This document shows positions 21,344-31,095 of a DNA stretch of 64,000 nucleotides, piece by piece. The stretch lies in NCBI GenBank assembly GCA_042408215.1, contig JAYFMW010000017.1:640001-704000 (forward strand), given 5' to 3'. The position numbers and the translations under genes are program-made. The stretch comes from Microcoleus sp. GTDB taxonomy: Bacteria; Cyanobacteriota; Cyanobacteriia; Cyanobacteriales; Microcoleaceae. How positions within the stretch are numbered: the stretch's first letter is position 1; every line of letters begins with the position of its first letter. Below the pieces are notes generated by a model that had not been told where the DNA came from, did not search any database, and saw only the letters and a program-made list of their open reading frames with translations.

Positions 21344-22133
21344 TTCACAAGCAAAACCGGAATTGACCTTTGCTGGCAAAACTGACTGTGGCAAAGTTCG
21401 CCCCCACAATGAAGACAATTATCTGCTAGAATCCTGGCCGGAAACATCTACTGTACTGGCCGTAGTAGCCGATGGCATGGGGGGACACAGGGGAGGAGAA
21501 GTCGCAGCCAAAATCGCTGTAGATACCTTTAGAGAGCTGCTAAAAACACGTTTACCTGAGACATCTCAAGAGCGATATAATCTATTGCTAAAATGTTTCT
21601 ACGATGCCGACAAAGCCATCCAAGAAGCCGCCTGCGAAAACTACAAATTATTTGGGATGGGAACAACTATAATAGCGGCGATTGTATCTCCCACAGAATA
21701 CATTCATCTCTATGCGGGCGACTGTCGTTTGTATCATTTTACCCCAGGAAATAAACCCTACATTACAGCGGATCATTCAGTGGTGCAGGTATTGCTAGAA
21801 TTGGGGCGGATTACGGAGGAAGATATTCCAACTCATCCGATGCGTTCGGTGGTAAACTCTTGTTTGGGCGGCAAAGAAAAAAGTCAATTTTCGGTTGACC
21901 CAAAATGGGATAGTGAAGACTTACCTGTGGTGCGAAAATGGTCTGCGGGTGATGTTTTGTTGTTGTGTAGCGATGGGTTGAATGGAGAGGTTAGTAATCA
22001 AGAATTGACAAGTCTTGTGGAGGAGTTTGGAGACTCACCGGAAAGGCTAACTGAAGAATGTGTGAACAAAGCTTTGGAGCAAGGCGGTAATGATAATATC
22101 ACGGTTATTGCTATTGTGAATTTTGGTAGATAA
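21336..22133 (+). CDS. PP2C-family Ser/Thr phosphatase
   Basis: RPHNED, VADGMGGH, GMGTT, GDCRLY, LCSDGL, GGNDNITV; overlaps the FHA gene. Confidence 0.93.
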   Translation: MDNSQAKPELTFAGKTDCGKVRPHNEDNYLLESWPETSTVLAVVADGMGGHRGGEVAAKIAVDTFRELLKTRLPETSQERYNLLLKCFYDADKAIQEAACENYKLFGMGTTIIAAIVSPTEYIHLYAGDCRLYHFTPGNKPYITADHSVVQVLLELGRITEEDIPTHPMRSVVNSCLGGKEKSQFSVDPKWDSEDLPVVRKWSAGDVLLLCSDGLNGEVSNQELTSLVEEFGDSPERLTEECVNKALEQGGNDNITVIAIVNFGR

Positions 22134-22140
22134 TATAGCG

Positions 22141-22550
22141 ACCAAAGAAACCGGGTTTTTTACTGAATCTGTTGGTGACAACTAAGTATTTCGTAAAAAC
22201 CCGGTTTCTGAGCCCCATGCGTAAATCCAAGAAACCGGGTTTTTTACTGAATCTATCGGTGACAACGAAGTATTTCGGAAAAACCCGGTTTCTGAACCCC
22301 ATGCGTCAATCCAAGAAACCGGGTTTTTTACTGAATCTGTTGGCTACAACGAAGTATTTCGGAAAAACCCGGTTTCTGAGCCCCATGCGTAAATCCAAGA
22401 AACCGGGTTTTTTACTGAATCTGTTGGTGACAACGAAGTATTTCGGAAAAACCCGGTTTCTGAGCCCATGCGACTCCGCCAAGAAACCGGGTTTTTTACT
22501 GAATCTATCGATGACAACGAAGTATTTCGGAAAAACCCGGTTTCTGACCC
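22141..22550. repeat. REPIN-like array: five ~84-bp doublets
   Basis: AAGAAACCGGGTTTTTT...AAAAACCCGGTTTCTGA units between the convergent PP2C and gdhA genes. Confidence 0.9.
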
Positions 22551-22566
22551 ATGAATCGCACTTTTG

Positions 22567-23853
22567 TCAACCGTTTATATAATAATCCCGTGTTCCCTTC
22601 GCATTCATCGCTTCTCCGAGTCGATTTAATCCGTACACGTAAGCAGCGGTTCTCATACACACTGACAACTCGTCCGCTATTTTCCAAATTGCCTCAGTTT
22701 CTTCGACCATTTTATGCTTCAACCGCTGGTTGACTTCCTCCAGTGTCCAATAAAGTCCGCTGCGATTTTGCACCCATTCAAAATAACTAACTGTTACGCC
22801 TCCCGCATTTACTAAAATATCAGGTATTACCCGAATTCCCTTGGCTTCTAAAATCAAGTCAGCAGCGGAATCAATGGGCCCGTTAGCTACTTCAAAAATA
22901 AACTTAGCTTTGATGCTATCAACGTTTGCTTCGGTTATTTGATTTTCCAAAGCTGCTGGAATTAGCACGTCTACATCTAAGGCTAAAATTTCCTGATTTG
23001 TCAAGATTTCGTGTTCGACAATATTGCAAACAGAGCCTTCGCAGTAAATAGCTTTGATTCCTTTATTCGACTCTTTAAAACTGCGTATGCTGGGAATGTC
23101 TAGGCCTTGTTTAGCATGAATTCCCCCTTGGGAATCGCTGACTGCAACGACTTTGTAACCTGCTTTCCAGAGGAGTTCTGCTATTTCTGCACCGGCATTG
23201 CCAAAACCTTGGACTGCTACTGTTGTATCTTGAGGATTTATCTCAAATTTGGCGAGAATATTTTGTAATACAAAGAAAGCGCCGGTTGCTGTTGCGGTAT
23301 CTCGACCTAAACTACCACCAATTGTTACGGGTTTACCAGTTACAACTGCTGGACAAAGTTGCCGTTTGATGATATTATATTGATCCATCATCCAACCCAT
23401 GATCATGGGATTGGTGTAGACATCTGGTGCTGGAATATCGACATCCGGGCCGATGAAATCTGCGATCGCATCTACATAGCCCCGGCTCAACCTTTCCAAT
23501 TCCAGTTTAGATAATTCCTTGGGATTTAAAGTGATTCCTCCCTTGGCTCCTCCAAAGGGCAAGTTCAAAACTGCACATTTAAAAGTCATCCAAAATGCTA
23601 AGGATTGCACTTCGTCAAGGGATACTTTTGGATGGTAGCGTACTCCTCCTTTAGATGGGCCTCTGGTATTGTCGTAGCGCACTCGATAGCCTTGGAAAAT
23701 TCGCAGGGAACCGTCGTCCATCCGCACGGGAATTGATACTATTAAGCTAGATTTGGGATGTTTTAGCCGTTCGATCGTATCCTCGGAAAGGGATACATAT
23801 TTTAAGGCTCGTTCTAATCGGCGGCTGGCATCGTTAAATAATGATTCTGTCAT
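22567..23853 (-). CDS. gdhA: Glutamate dehydrogenase (Glu/Leu/Phe/Val dehydrogenase)
   Basis: GPSKGGVRYH, GGAKGG, DIPAPD, GFGNAG, NAGGVTVSYFEWVQN; likely start MTESLF at 23853. Confidence 0.93.
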   Translation of the reverse strand: MTESLFNDASRRLERALKYVSLSEDTIERLKHPKSSLIVSIPVRMDDGSLRIFQGYRVRYDNTRGPSKGGVRYHPKVSLDEVQSLAFWMTFKCAVLNLPFGGAKGGITLNPKELSKLELERLSRGYVDAIADFIGPDVDIPAPDVYTNPMIMGWMMDQYNIIKRQLCPAVVTGKPVTIGGSLGRDTATATGAFFVLQNILAKFEINPQDTTVAVQGFGNAGAEIAELLWKAGYKVVAVSDSQGGIHAKQGLDIPSIRSFKESNKGIKAIYCEGSVCNIVEHEILTNQEILALDVDVLIPAALENQITEANVDSIKAKFIFEVANGPIDSAADLILEAKGIRVIPDILVNAGGVTVSYFEWVQNRSGLYWTLEEVNQRLKHKMVEETEAIWKIADELSVCMRTAAYVYGLNRLGEAMNAKGTRDYYING

Positions 23854-24081
23854 AATAGGAAAAAAGTTCGGCAACGGATTCTGTAACGGATTTAACGGAT
23901 ACTTCGACACTTCGACTTCGCGAGCGTACAAGTGTAACGGAGGTCAGGGAGAGGGAAGTCGGGAGAAGGGAGAATAAATATCTCGGCTAACCTACTGGTT
24001 TTCCGATACTTTTTAATTTAATCACAATCTAGGTTTGATTTTGTCAACTGTCAACTGTCAACCGTCAACCGTCAACCGTCA

Positions 24082-24224
24082 TACCAATTTAATGGGTCGT
24101 TACATATATCTCGATCCCCCTAAATCCCCCTTAATAAGGGGGACTTTGAGCAGAATCTTGTTCCCCCCTTATTAAGGGGGGTTAGGGGGGATCAGATTCT
24201 ACGGGGCCTCATAAAAAACTGGTA
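24082..24224. mobile_element. 143-bp MITE with TACCAATT-type ends and 3-bp TSD (TCA), inserted in a TCAACYG STRR tract
   Basis: tca|TACCAATTT...AAACTGGTA|tca; internal C/G-tract palindrome; inverted relative at 51493..51654. Confidence 0.8.
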
Positions 24225-24427
24225 TCAACTGTCAACTGTCAACTTGTGTCGATCGCCAATCTCGCATTCCAAAGCAGAAATTAAGCATATAGACTTAAAA
24301 TAGAGGGTGATATCTCAACTCAAGACAAAACTTGAGTTCGATCGCTCAAATCGAAGCCAGCCATTAGGGGAATTAAATTCTGAGATCGATCGACTAATTA
24401 ACTCACCTTCTTAACTCAATAATTTTT

Positions 24428-25039
24428 ATGATTGCACTCCTAGCCGCCCTCTCTGCGTCTGCGGCGGGGGGTATGAGAATTGCCCTGCCCCTGCTGTTAA
24501 TTGGTTTGTTGCGAATCGACAAACTGTGGTCGGAAATACCTTTATTGTCGCGGCTTCACCCCCAAGTGGCGATCGCAATTTTGGTGAGTTGGTCGCTGTT
24601 AGAATTATTTGCTTCTAAAACCTTTACGGGACAGCGGGTGCTGCAAATTGTGCAGATTATTTTCAGTCCCATTGTAGGAGCGATTATGGGAGTTGCGATC
24701 GCAAAGGTAAGTTCGATCGACGAAATTGTTGCTCACCCTTGGATGCTGTGGATTATTGGTGTGGTCGGAGGTTTGTTGGCTTTAGTGCTGCAACTGGTAC
24801 AAGCTGGATGGTTTTACCGGCTGAGGGGTTTACCACTTTGGGTGATTTTTGTCCAAGATGGTTTGTGCATTGCTTTGGTGTTGTTTGCTTTTGATGCGCC
24901 GCGCCAGGGTGGATTGATTGCGATGCTGCTGCTGTGGCTGGCAATTCGCAGTTCTAAAGAGTGGTATCGCTGGTACAGGAGTCAAGCAACACTAGGCTTA
25001 TTGGGAAATCCCCGCCAAGGTAAACGCGATCCAGATTAA
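24428..25039 (+). CDS. DUF4126-like membrane protein
   Basis: Hydrophobic 203-aa ORF with SAAGGMRIALPLL and ELFASK. Confidence 0.7.
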   Translation: MIALLAALSASAAGGMRIALPLLLIGLLRIDKLWSEIPLLSRLHPQVAIAILVSWSLLELFASKTFTGQRVLQIVQIIFSPIVGAIMGVAIAKVSSIDEIVAHPWMLWIIGVVGGLLALVLQLVQAGWFYRLRGLPLWVIFVQDGLCIALVLFAFDAPRQGGLIAMLLLWLAIRSSKEWYRWYRSQATLGLLGNPRQGKRDPD

Positions 25040-25049
25040 TTTAATGATT

Positions 25050-25250
25050 GGGTATGGGGCATGGGGCATGGGGCATTGGTTATTAGTTATTAGTTATTAG
25101 TTATTAGTTATTAGTGATTAGTTATTAGTTATTAGTTATTGGTTAATTGCTACCAATGCCCAATTTCCCAATTCCCCATCCCTCCGCTTCGCTTCGCCCA
25201 ATTCCCGATGCCCAATTCCCAACTCCCAATTCCCCATGCCCAATTTCTAA
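25050..25250. repeat. Mixed STRR tracts (GGGCATG, TTATTAG, CCCAATT)
   Basis: Heptamer runs between convergent genes. Confidence 0.8.
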
Positions 25251-25251
25251 T

Positions 25252-26415
25252 TTAAAGCAATCCGATCGAGTGTAAGGGGCCGTGACCGGTAATTAACTCC
25301 AGCAATAGTGCCATAAAACCAATCATCGCCACACGACCATTCCAGACTTCCGCCCCCGTCGTCAAACCCCACTCCCACTGCTCTTGAGGATACATCTTCA
25401 CTTTCTTGGAAGGGCGTATCACATCAGAGAACTTAACGCTGGGAGATTCTATCGACTCAATGACTAAATCTGCCAAGGCCTCAATAAACACCGGATAAGT
25501 ATTCAGGGCGGGCACTCTGTAGAAATTGTGAATCCCCGACTCTTCTGCCAATTCTCGATACTCCATGTCAATTTCTTGCAGAGTTTCGATGTGCTCCGAC
25601 ACAAAACTAATCGGAACTACTAACAAATCTTCGACTCCATTTGCTGCCAATTTGGTGATGGCATCTTCGGTGTAAGGCTTGAGCCATTCCACCGGGCCGA
25701 CCCGACTTTGATAGGCTAGAGTGTGTTCGTTCGATCGATTCAAATGCTCCATAATCAGACGAGTGCAATCTTCAATCTCGCGCTGATAGGGGTCTCCAGC
25801 CTCTTCTACATAGCTGACGGGGACACCGTGGGCGCTGAAAAAGATGTGAACTCGATCGGGATTAGGAATGTGGTCTAATTCTTGGGCGATTAATTCAGAC
25901 ATTGCCTGAATATAGCCTGGCCGATGATACCAAGAAGGGATAGCGGTATATTCAATCTCCTTGAGTTCTGGATCTTTGCCCCAGATTTCTTCTAGCTGTC
26001 GGAAGCTAGAACCGCTGGTACTGATGGAAAATTGAGGATACAGTGGCAAGATTGCCAATTGTTCGATGCGATCGCGTTTGATTTGGGCGATCGCCTCTTC
26101 AGTAAAAGGATGCCAGTAGCGCATCCCCACATAAACTTGAGCATCTTTTCCCTTGGACTGCAAGCACTTTTGCAGTGCCAGCCCTTGTTCGTCTGTAATG
26201 CGACGCAAAGGAGAGCCGCCCCCGATTTGGCGGTAGTTTGCCTGGGATTTCTGAAAACGCAGGGTTGAAATCAACCAGGCGAGTGGTTTCTGCATCCAGG
26301 GAAACGGCAGGCGAATAATTTCCGGGTCAGCGAACAAGTTGAACAGGAAAGGGCGGACATCCTCGATTTTATCGGGCCCGCCCAAGTTTAATAGCAATAC
26401 TCCTACACGGCCCAT
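25252..26415 (-). CDS. hemH: Ferrochelatase with C-terminal CAB domain
   Basis: [41 protein letters not shown], tail [12 protein letters not shown]. Confidence 0.97.
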   Translation of the reverse strand: MGRVGVLLLNLGGPDKIEDVRPFLFNLFADPEIIRLPFPWMQKPLAWLISTLRFQKSQANYRQIGGGSPLRRITDEQGLALQKCLQSKGKDAQVYVGMRYWHPFTEEAIAQIKRDRIEQLAILPLYPQFSISTSGSSFRQLEEIWGKDPELKEIEYTAIPSWYHRPGYIQAMSELIAQELDHIPNPDRVHIFFSAHGVPVSYVEEAGDPYQREIEDCTRLIMEHLNRSNEHTLAYQSRVGPVEWLKPYTEDAITKLAANGVEDLLVVPISFVSEHIETLQEIDMEYRELAEESGIHNFYRVPALNTYPVFIEALADLVIESIESPSVKFSDVIRPSKKVKMYPQEQWEWGLTTGAEVWNGRVAMIGFMALLLELITGHGPLHSIGLL

Positions 26416-26465
26416 AACGATTACAGCTCTCCCATCGTCTTAGTTCTGTTACTTATTTCAACAAT

Positions 26466-26612
26466 TTGACACTCTCAGGTCTGAAGACACTGAGATTCTT
26501 GGTTCAGCGAGCCGACTTGCCAAGACAGGATTCCTCCTGTAAGAGTAGAGGTCGATTCTCCCCAAGCGTTGCTCGGATCGGCGTCCAAAAGTTTCGGTAT
26601 GTCCTACCGTAC
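26466..26612 (-). mobile_element. IS200/IS605-type right end / omegaRNA-like remnant without tnpB
   Basis: Minus strand ends AAGAATCTCAGTGTCTTCAGACCTGAGAGTGTCAA (subterminal hairpin plus TCAA). Confidence 0.65.
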
Positions 26613-26633
26613 TTAATTAGTTTTTTTTGCCTA

Positions 26634-26837
26634 TTGACATACCTCCCCGTCTATCAAGTCCGAGGATTCCTTGACGCTTCATAGCAACGCGCTCCGCAGG
26701 GACACGGCACTGCCGTGTCCGTACGTCTTACCGTCGCTCCACGTCCGTTTAGAGTCTCCCAATGCCGGCTCGGCGACTATCTGTATTCTAGCAAAAAGCC
26801 GTCAAGCTTATGACGGGGCTTGTATCCCAGTTTTTTG
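26634..26837 (-). mobile_element. 204-bp non-autonomous IS605 derivative (PATE-like)
   Basis: Minus strand: TTGAC|CAAAAAACTGGGATACAAGCCCCGTCATAAGCTTGACGGC ... GGAATCCTCGGACTTGATAGACGGGGAGGTATGTCAA; no ORF. Confidence 0.7.
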
Positions 26838-27261
26838 GTCAAACTTTGTCCAAATCTAGCTTTCCTAAACTGCAACACCCTTAGGTGAGACTACGCACTC
26901 AACCAATCTAGTTAAGTTTTTACGTTGTTTAGTTATACTTATTTCTCGACTTAATCCTAATCATATCACAAAATATGCGGAGGATGTGTTTAATCTAGAA
27001 AGAACACGGTGACTTTAGTCACACGGATCGCTGATAGTCTGGGCCCTGAAGGGACTGAGTTTTACGCTTACCGAGTAACAATATAGCTTCATAATTTTGA
27101 CGGTGGCAACAATTTTTCGAGATTTAAGCCATCGGTATCAGTGGTTGTAGGATGCGATCGCCCGTCTAGCTGCTCTGAGTGGCGGTCAAACCACGCAGTT
27201 TTTTGTGCAATACTCCCAGGTGGTGTAAAACTGGACCCTTCGGGGCGATCGCTACAACAGC

Positions 27262-27322
27262 CAACTGTCAACTGTCAACTGTCAACTGTCAACTGTCAAC
27301 TGTCAACTGTCAACTGTCAACT
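27262..27322 (+). repeat. STRR heptamer tract (AACTGTC)n
   Basis: About 8 tandem units. Confidence 0.85.
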
Positions 27323-28442
27323 AAATAAACTTTCTCGCTTCGGCCAAAGCCGCCTCAAACTTGAGCAATACATCCTCTTGTGTGTGAATAACTTTCTCCT
27401 GTTCCAGCAGCCGTCGGCCGAACCTAAAAATGCCATCCTGTTCTACGTGCTCTACAGATGGCAGCGTTTCTGGATGCGGCAAAAACTTTCTGCCGATCGT
27501 GTACGGCGTGTGGTAAGAAAAACTAAAATCGGGAAATTTGTCGCTCTTGATTTCGAGGTAATAAAGCGAATAATAATCTTTGGTTTCGCAGTACACGCAT
27601 TCGCGACACTTATTTACCAGTTTGCGGTTCTGATAGAAAAAATCCCACTTGTCCCAATAGTAATCATCTTTCATCATTTCCTGGTGGTCGTCGCAAAGTT
27701 CGAGATACAATTTGTCAGCATCGTTGGGACGGTAGAAATAAAGCATAGCGTAGGGCAGCTCAATCAGTACCTTGACTGCTTGATTTTTTCGCTGGTACCA
27801 TTCCTGCCGGTGAATTTCATAAGTTTCTTTATCTTCAATCGCTTTGGCACCGTTAAGCTGATTTTCTTTGGCCCACCGCGAAGCCCAAACAGTCCAGTAA
27901 GCTAGCTGGAAGGTTGCAGAAATTTCTGCGGAACCTTGTGCTTCCCAGTCGGCAATAATTTTTGACCAAGCCGAACTAAAAGCTAATCGGGAGTCTTCCT
28001 TTTCTTGGTGGCTTTCTTTACTAATTTGCGTGGCAGTTTTGCCATTATTTTGAATCTGCCATTTTGGTTCTTTTCGCCAACTATTGATATCGGATTGTGA
28101 TAGACTCAAGATGAATCTTCTGTCGTGAACAGGATATTCTAAATGAATTCCTGATTTGAGAAACGTCCGGTATTCCAAAACAGGGAGTTTGCCTTGTTCA
28201 ATCCATTGTTGGCGTTCTTGTGTCGAACATTTGAGCAGTTTTTCTAATTCTACTGGCTCGACAGCCAATTCACTTTTGAATGTGTCCCAAAATCTTTCTT
28301 GTTCGGCTGCGTTTACTTCCAGCACGGATACAATTGTGCTGACGAGGTGGTCTGTTTTGTGTTGGGAATTTTCGGAAAGTCCTAAAAAGTCAAGGAGTTG
28401 GGCTTTGAGTATGGGTCTGGAAGAGATTAGCTCGGCTAACAT
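27321..28442 (-). CDS. Hypothetical protein
   Basis: 373-aa ORF with LAYWTVWASRWAK, a C..H / CREC cluster and FSYHTPY; function not recognised. Confidence 0.75.
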   Translation of the reverse strand: MLAELISSRPILKAQLLDFLGLSENSQHKTDHLVSTIVSVLEVNAAEQERFWDTFKSELAVEPVELEKLLKCSTQERQQWIEQGKLPVLEYRTFLKSGIHLEYPVHDRRFILSLSQSDINSWRKEPKWQIQNNGKTATQISKESHQEKEDSRLAFSSAWSKIIADWEAQGSAEISATFQLAYWTVWASRWAKENQLNGAKAIEDKETYEIHRQEWYQRKNQAVKVLIELPYAMLYFYRPNDADKLYLELCDDHQEMMKDDYYWDKWDFFYQNRKLVNKCRECVYCETKDYYSLYYLEIKSDKFPDFSFSYHTPYTIGRKFLPHPETLPSVEHVEQDGIFRFGRRLLEQEKVIHTQEDVLLKFEAALAEARKFI

Positions 28443-28602
28443 GAGAAGCTCCAGTAGAGTCAGAACTTGCGCTTTTGTTGAATCTGCAAGATTTGCACAA
28501 GTCTATATATCTTACGGCAATTCAAGGGGCGATCGCCCGCAATTCACGCCAAAATCAGCAGAAATACTCAAAATTGGCGACGGCGGTCGATCGGCCTTTG
28601 GG

Positions 28603-29305
28603 CTAAAATCGATAATTGCGATCGCGCACCCACAAACTCACGGGCACAGCATGACCTTTTTTGTCCACCTTAACTTCTACCACAAAAGATTGCCTTTGTC
28701 CCCTTTGAGCTTCGCCAATCTCGTTATTGACTTTTTCCCTTTCATTTTCGGGCATATAATAAGTTTCTAAACCATATTCCATCCGCCCGCCATTATATTT
28801 ACCCTGAATCGCGATTTGATTTGCTGGCAAATTAGGGGGATTTTCCAAACTGACGCCCACGGGTTTCCAAGGTTTTGGAATGCCAGAATTAGTTGCATCT
28901 TTTGGGGATTCCAAAATCACATAAAAACTGGTTCCAGACTTGACATTGTGCGTCTTTTGCTCTCGACAAACAGTGCCGGGAGGACAAGGTATTTTGTCGC
29001 CCGGTAAATCTTTCCAGCCCGGTAATTTCTCAAGATTGTTTCGCTGAGAAATATCATAGCTCAAAACTTGGTAATATCCGCGCAAAAAGTCGTAAGGGTC
29101 TACTGGTGCTGTTTGCAAAACAACTGTTTTGCCAGTTACAAAAGTGTAAACTGCTGGAGCGGGTACTGCGAGCAATTAGTCCGATTTGCAGCAATAAAGG
29201 AATCCACAGCCGCCACGCAGGAATGCGTTTCGCCTCCGGGGGAAGCTGAAACAGATTTGTTGTATCGGGATTTTCTACTAATAAGTCGATGTTGTTTGTG
29301 TTCAT
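28603..29305 (-). pseudogene. GDYXXLXY-family membrane-anchored protein with an apparent frameshift near 29173
   Basis: N-terminus ...WRLWIPLLLQIGLI is one frame away from LAVPAP...PVDPYDFLRGYYQVLSY; minus strand reads cta att G ctc gca. Confidence 0.7.
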
Positions 29306-29405
29306 ATTAGGTATGGGTTATATTGTTTACGGTTGTTTCGGAATGATTAAACCACAGAGACCGCAGAGTCCGCAGAGGAAGAGAAGAGAGAGAGATGAAT
29401 AATTT

Positions 29406-30806
29406 CTATTCATCTTTGATTGTGGCGAAGTGGCGCTCGAACCACAAACCAGCAGTAATCACACCAATTCCACACAGCACAAATACAAAAGATTTCAGCA
29501 ACAATTCTGTGTTATATTCAAACAATCGGCTGATTATTTGCAAGGTTATTGATACCATCCCGCCCCAAAAAGTCTGGCGGTTTCCTAGTGCTAAACCTTC
29601 TCGGATTAAACCGACGGCTAGCAGAAATAATAAAACGTTAAACAGAAAAGTTGCTAATTGCGGAATCGGAGTAAAACTCAAGTGGTAAAGCGGTATTAAG
29701 GCGGTGATGATTATCAAAAGGGCGATCGCACCTGTAGTCAAATCCACTCCTTTTTGTTTTGGTCGCCGCAGTTCCAAACGTCCCAAATGCAGCCACTCAA
29801 ACACCGTTAAAGCACCCAAAACAGCTAGATTTGTCAAAACACTCCAATCCAGGGGAATTTGCGAAGGATTGGGCGAATCTTGCCACAGCCAGTGGAAGGA
29901 AAGAAAGTAAAAAAGGCCAGCCAAAAACACTAATGCTAAACTGCGGGCGGTAGCTTGAAACAGTCTGCTGTCTATATTCGGCCAGATTGCATCGTCGTAT
30001 CCCCACAGTAAAGCGGGTGGTAGAGCACAAAACATTGCGACACCCCAGTTGGGATTTAATCCTTGGGCGATCGACATTTGTAGGGAAAAAATTAGGACGA
30101 TCGCACCTAGGGCAAAGATAGCACGCGATCGACACCAATAAGCCAGCGGTACAAACATGATACTCGCTGCGATCGGCATTTGTCGCACCAAAATTTCCAG
30201 CCAAGAAAACTCGACTTTGGAAGAGAAATCTAACACAGCCAGCCAATAGCCTAAACCGATTAAAAGTGCTGACAAAACGCCCAAAGAAGTTAAGCGCAAA
30301 CTGTAAGCCATTCCGAGCACGCCGATTCCCCAAGCGAGAAAAAGTCCGTAGGAAGAACCGCCAATATGAAACATCTGCGCCATCAAAGCCATATTTGCTC
30401 CTAAAATCAGAGCTCCTAACAGCAACAATCCTTCACCTAATAGTTTTGAGCGCCCTTTTGTTTCGGGTATATTTGGATTGGAGTTTTTGCTTCGGGATGG
30501 GGGAATTCGCCACAGATAGAAACCTGCTACATTAACTGCTACGAAAAGACTTAGCAGCATTGCGACTCTCACTTCTCGTGACCAAACTTGCCAGTTTGCT
30601 GCTACAAAGGTGATGACACCTATTGCTAGGAGGATGCTACCGAGGCCGATGAGAATGCTTAAGAAGCGGTTGCGGGAAGCGGTTTCGAGTGTGTTAAATT
30701 GGTAGCGATCGGCAAGTTGTTGGTAAAATGAACTGTCGATGAGTCCTTCTGCTTCCCAGAGTTTGGCTTGCGATCGCAATTCTCGTCGAAATTTATCTGA
30801 AATCAT
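29406..30806 (-). CDS. DUF2157-family membrane protein
   Basis: GVITFVAANW and GANMALMAQMFHI, multi-pass; typical partner of the GDYXXLXY gene. Confidence 0.85.
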   Translation of the reverse strand: MISDKFRRELRSQAKLWEAEGLIDSSFYQQLADRYQFNTLETASRNRFLSILIGLGSILLAIGVITFVAANWQVWSREVRVAMLLSLFVAVNVAGFYLWRIPPSRSKNSNPNIPETKGRSKLLGEGLLLLGALILGANMALMAQMFHIGGSSYGLFLAWGIGVLGMAYSLRLTSLGVLSALLIGLGYWLAVLDFSSKVEFSWLEILVRQMPIAASIMFVPLAYWCRSRAIFALGAIVLIFSLQMSIAQGLNPNWGVAMFCALPPALLWGYDDAIWPNIDSRLFQATARSLALVFLAGLFYFLSFHWLWQDSPNPSQIPLDWSVLTNLAVLGALTVFEWLHLGRLELRRPKQKGVDLTTGAIALLIIITALIPLYHLSFTPIPQLATFLFNVLLFLLAVGLIREGLALGNRQTFWGGMVSITLQIISRLFEYNTELLLKSFVFVLCGIGVITAGLWFERHFATIKDE

Positions 30807-30986
30807 TGTGAATATTCCAGAGGATTTGAGCCGTGATAGTTTTCAATATGTCACTTCCAGGGCGATCGTAGCTGGAATGTGGGACACCTGTCTAACTTGC
30901 ACAGTAGTATTTTTTTGAATGACTATTAAATTAGGAGTTAAATCTTGAGATTAAATTTTGATCGACTATGCTCATAAATTAGCCTG

Positions 30987-31023
30987 GTTTCAATCCTTAA
31001 TAGGGTTTTATGGTAATTGCAAC
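30987..31023 (-). CRISPR. Single 37-bp CRISPR-type direct repeat (no array)
   Basis: Minus strand GTTGCAATTACCATAAAACCCTATTAAGGATTGAAAC, resembling cyanobacterial type I-D-like repeats (...CCCTATTAGGGATTGAAAC). Confidence 0.7.
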
Positions 31024-31095
31024 AGCTTCAAAAAAATCCCGACAAAGCCGGAAAAACTAGGCTGTTTAAGTTTCTTAAGCATTCTTTCCTAGTGC

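Noticed and set aside
23854..23931. N-terminal extension of GdhA
   Set aside because: The ORF-track start is non-ATG and the recognisable GDH sequence begins at MTESLF (23853)
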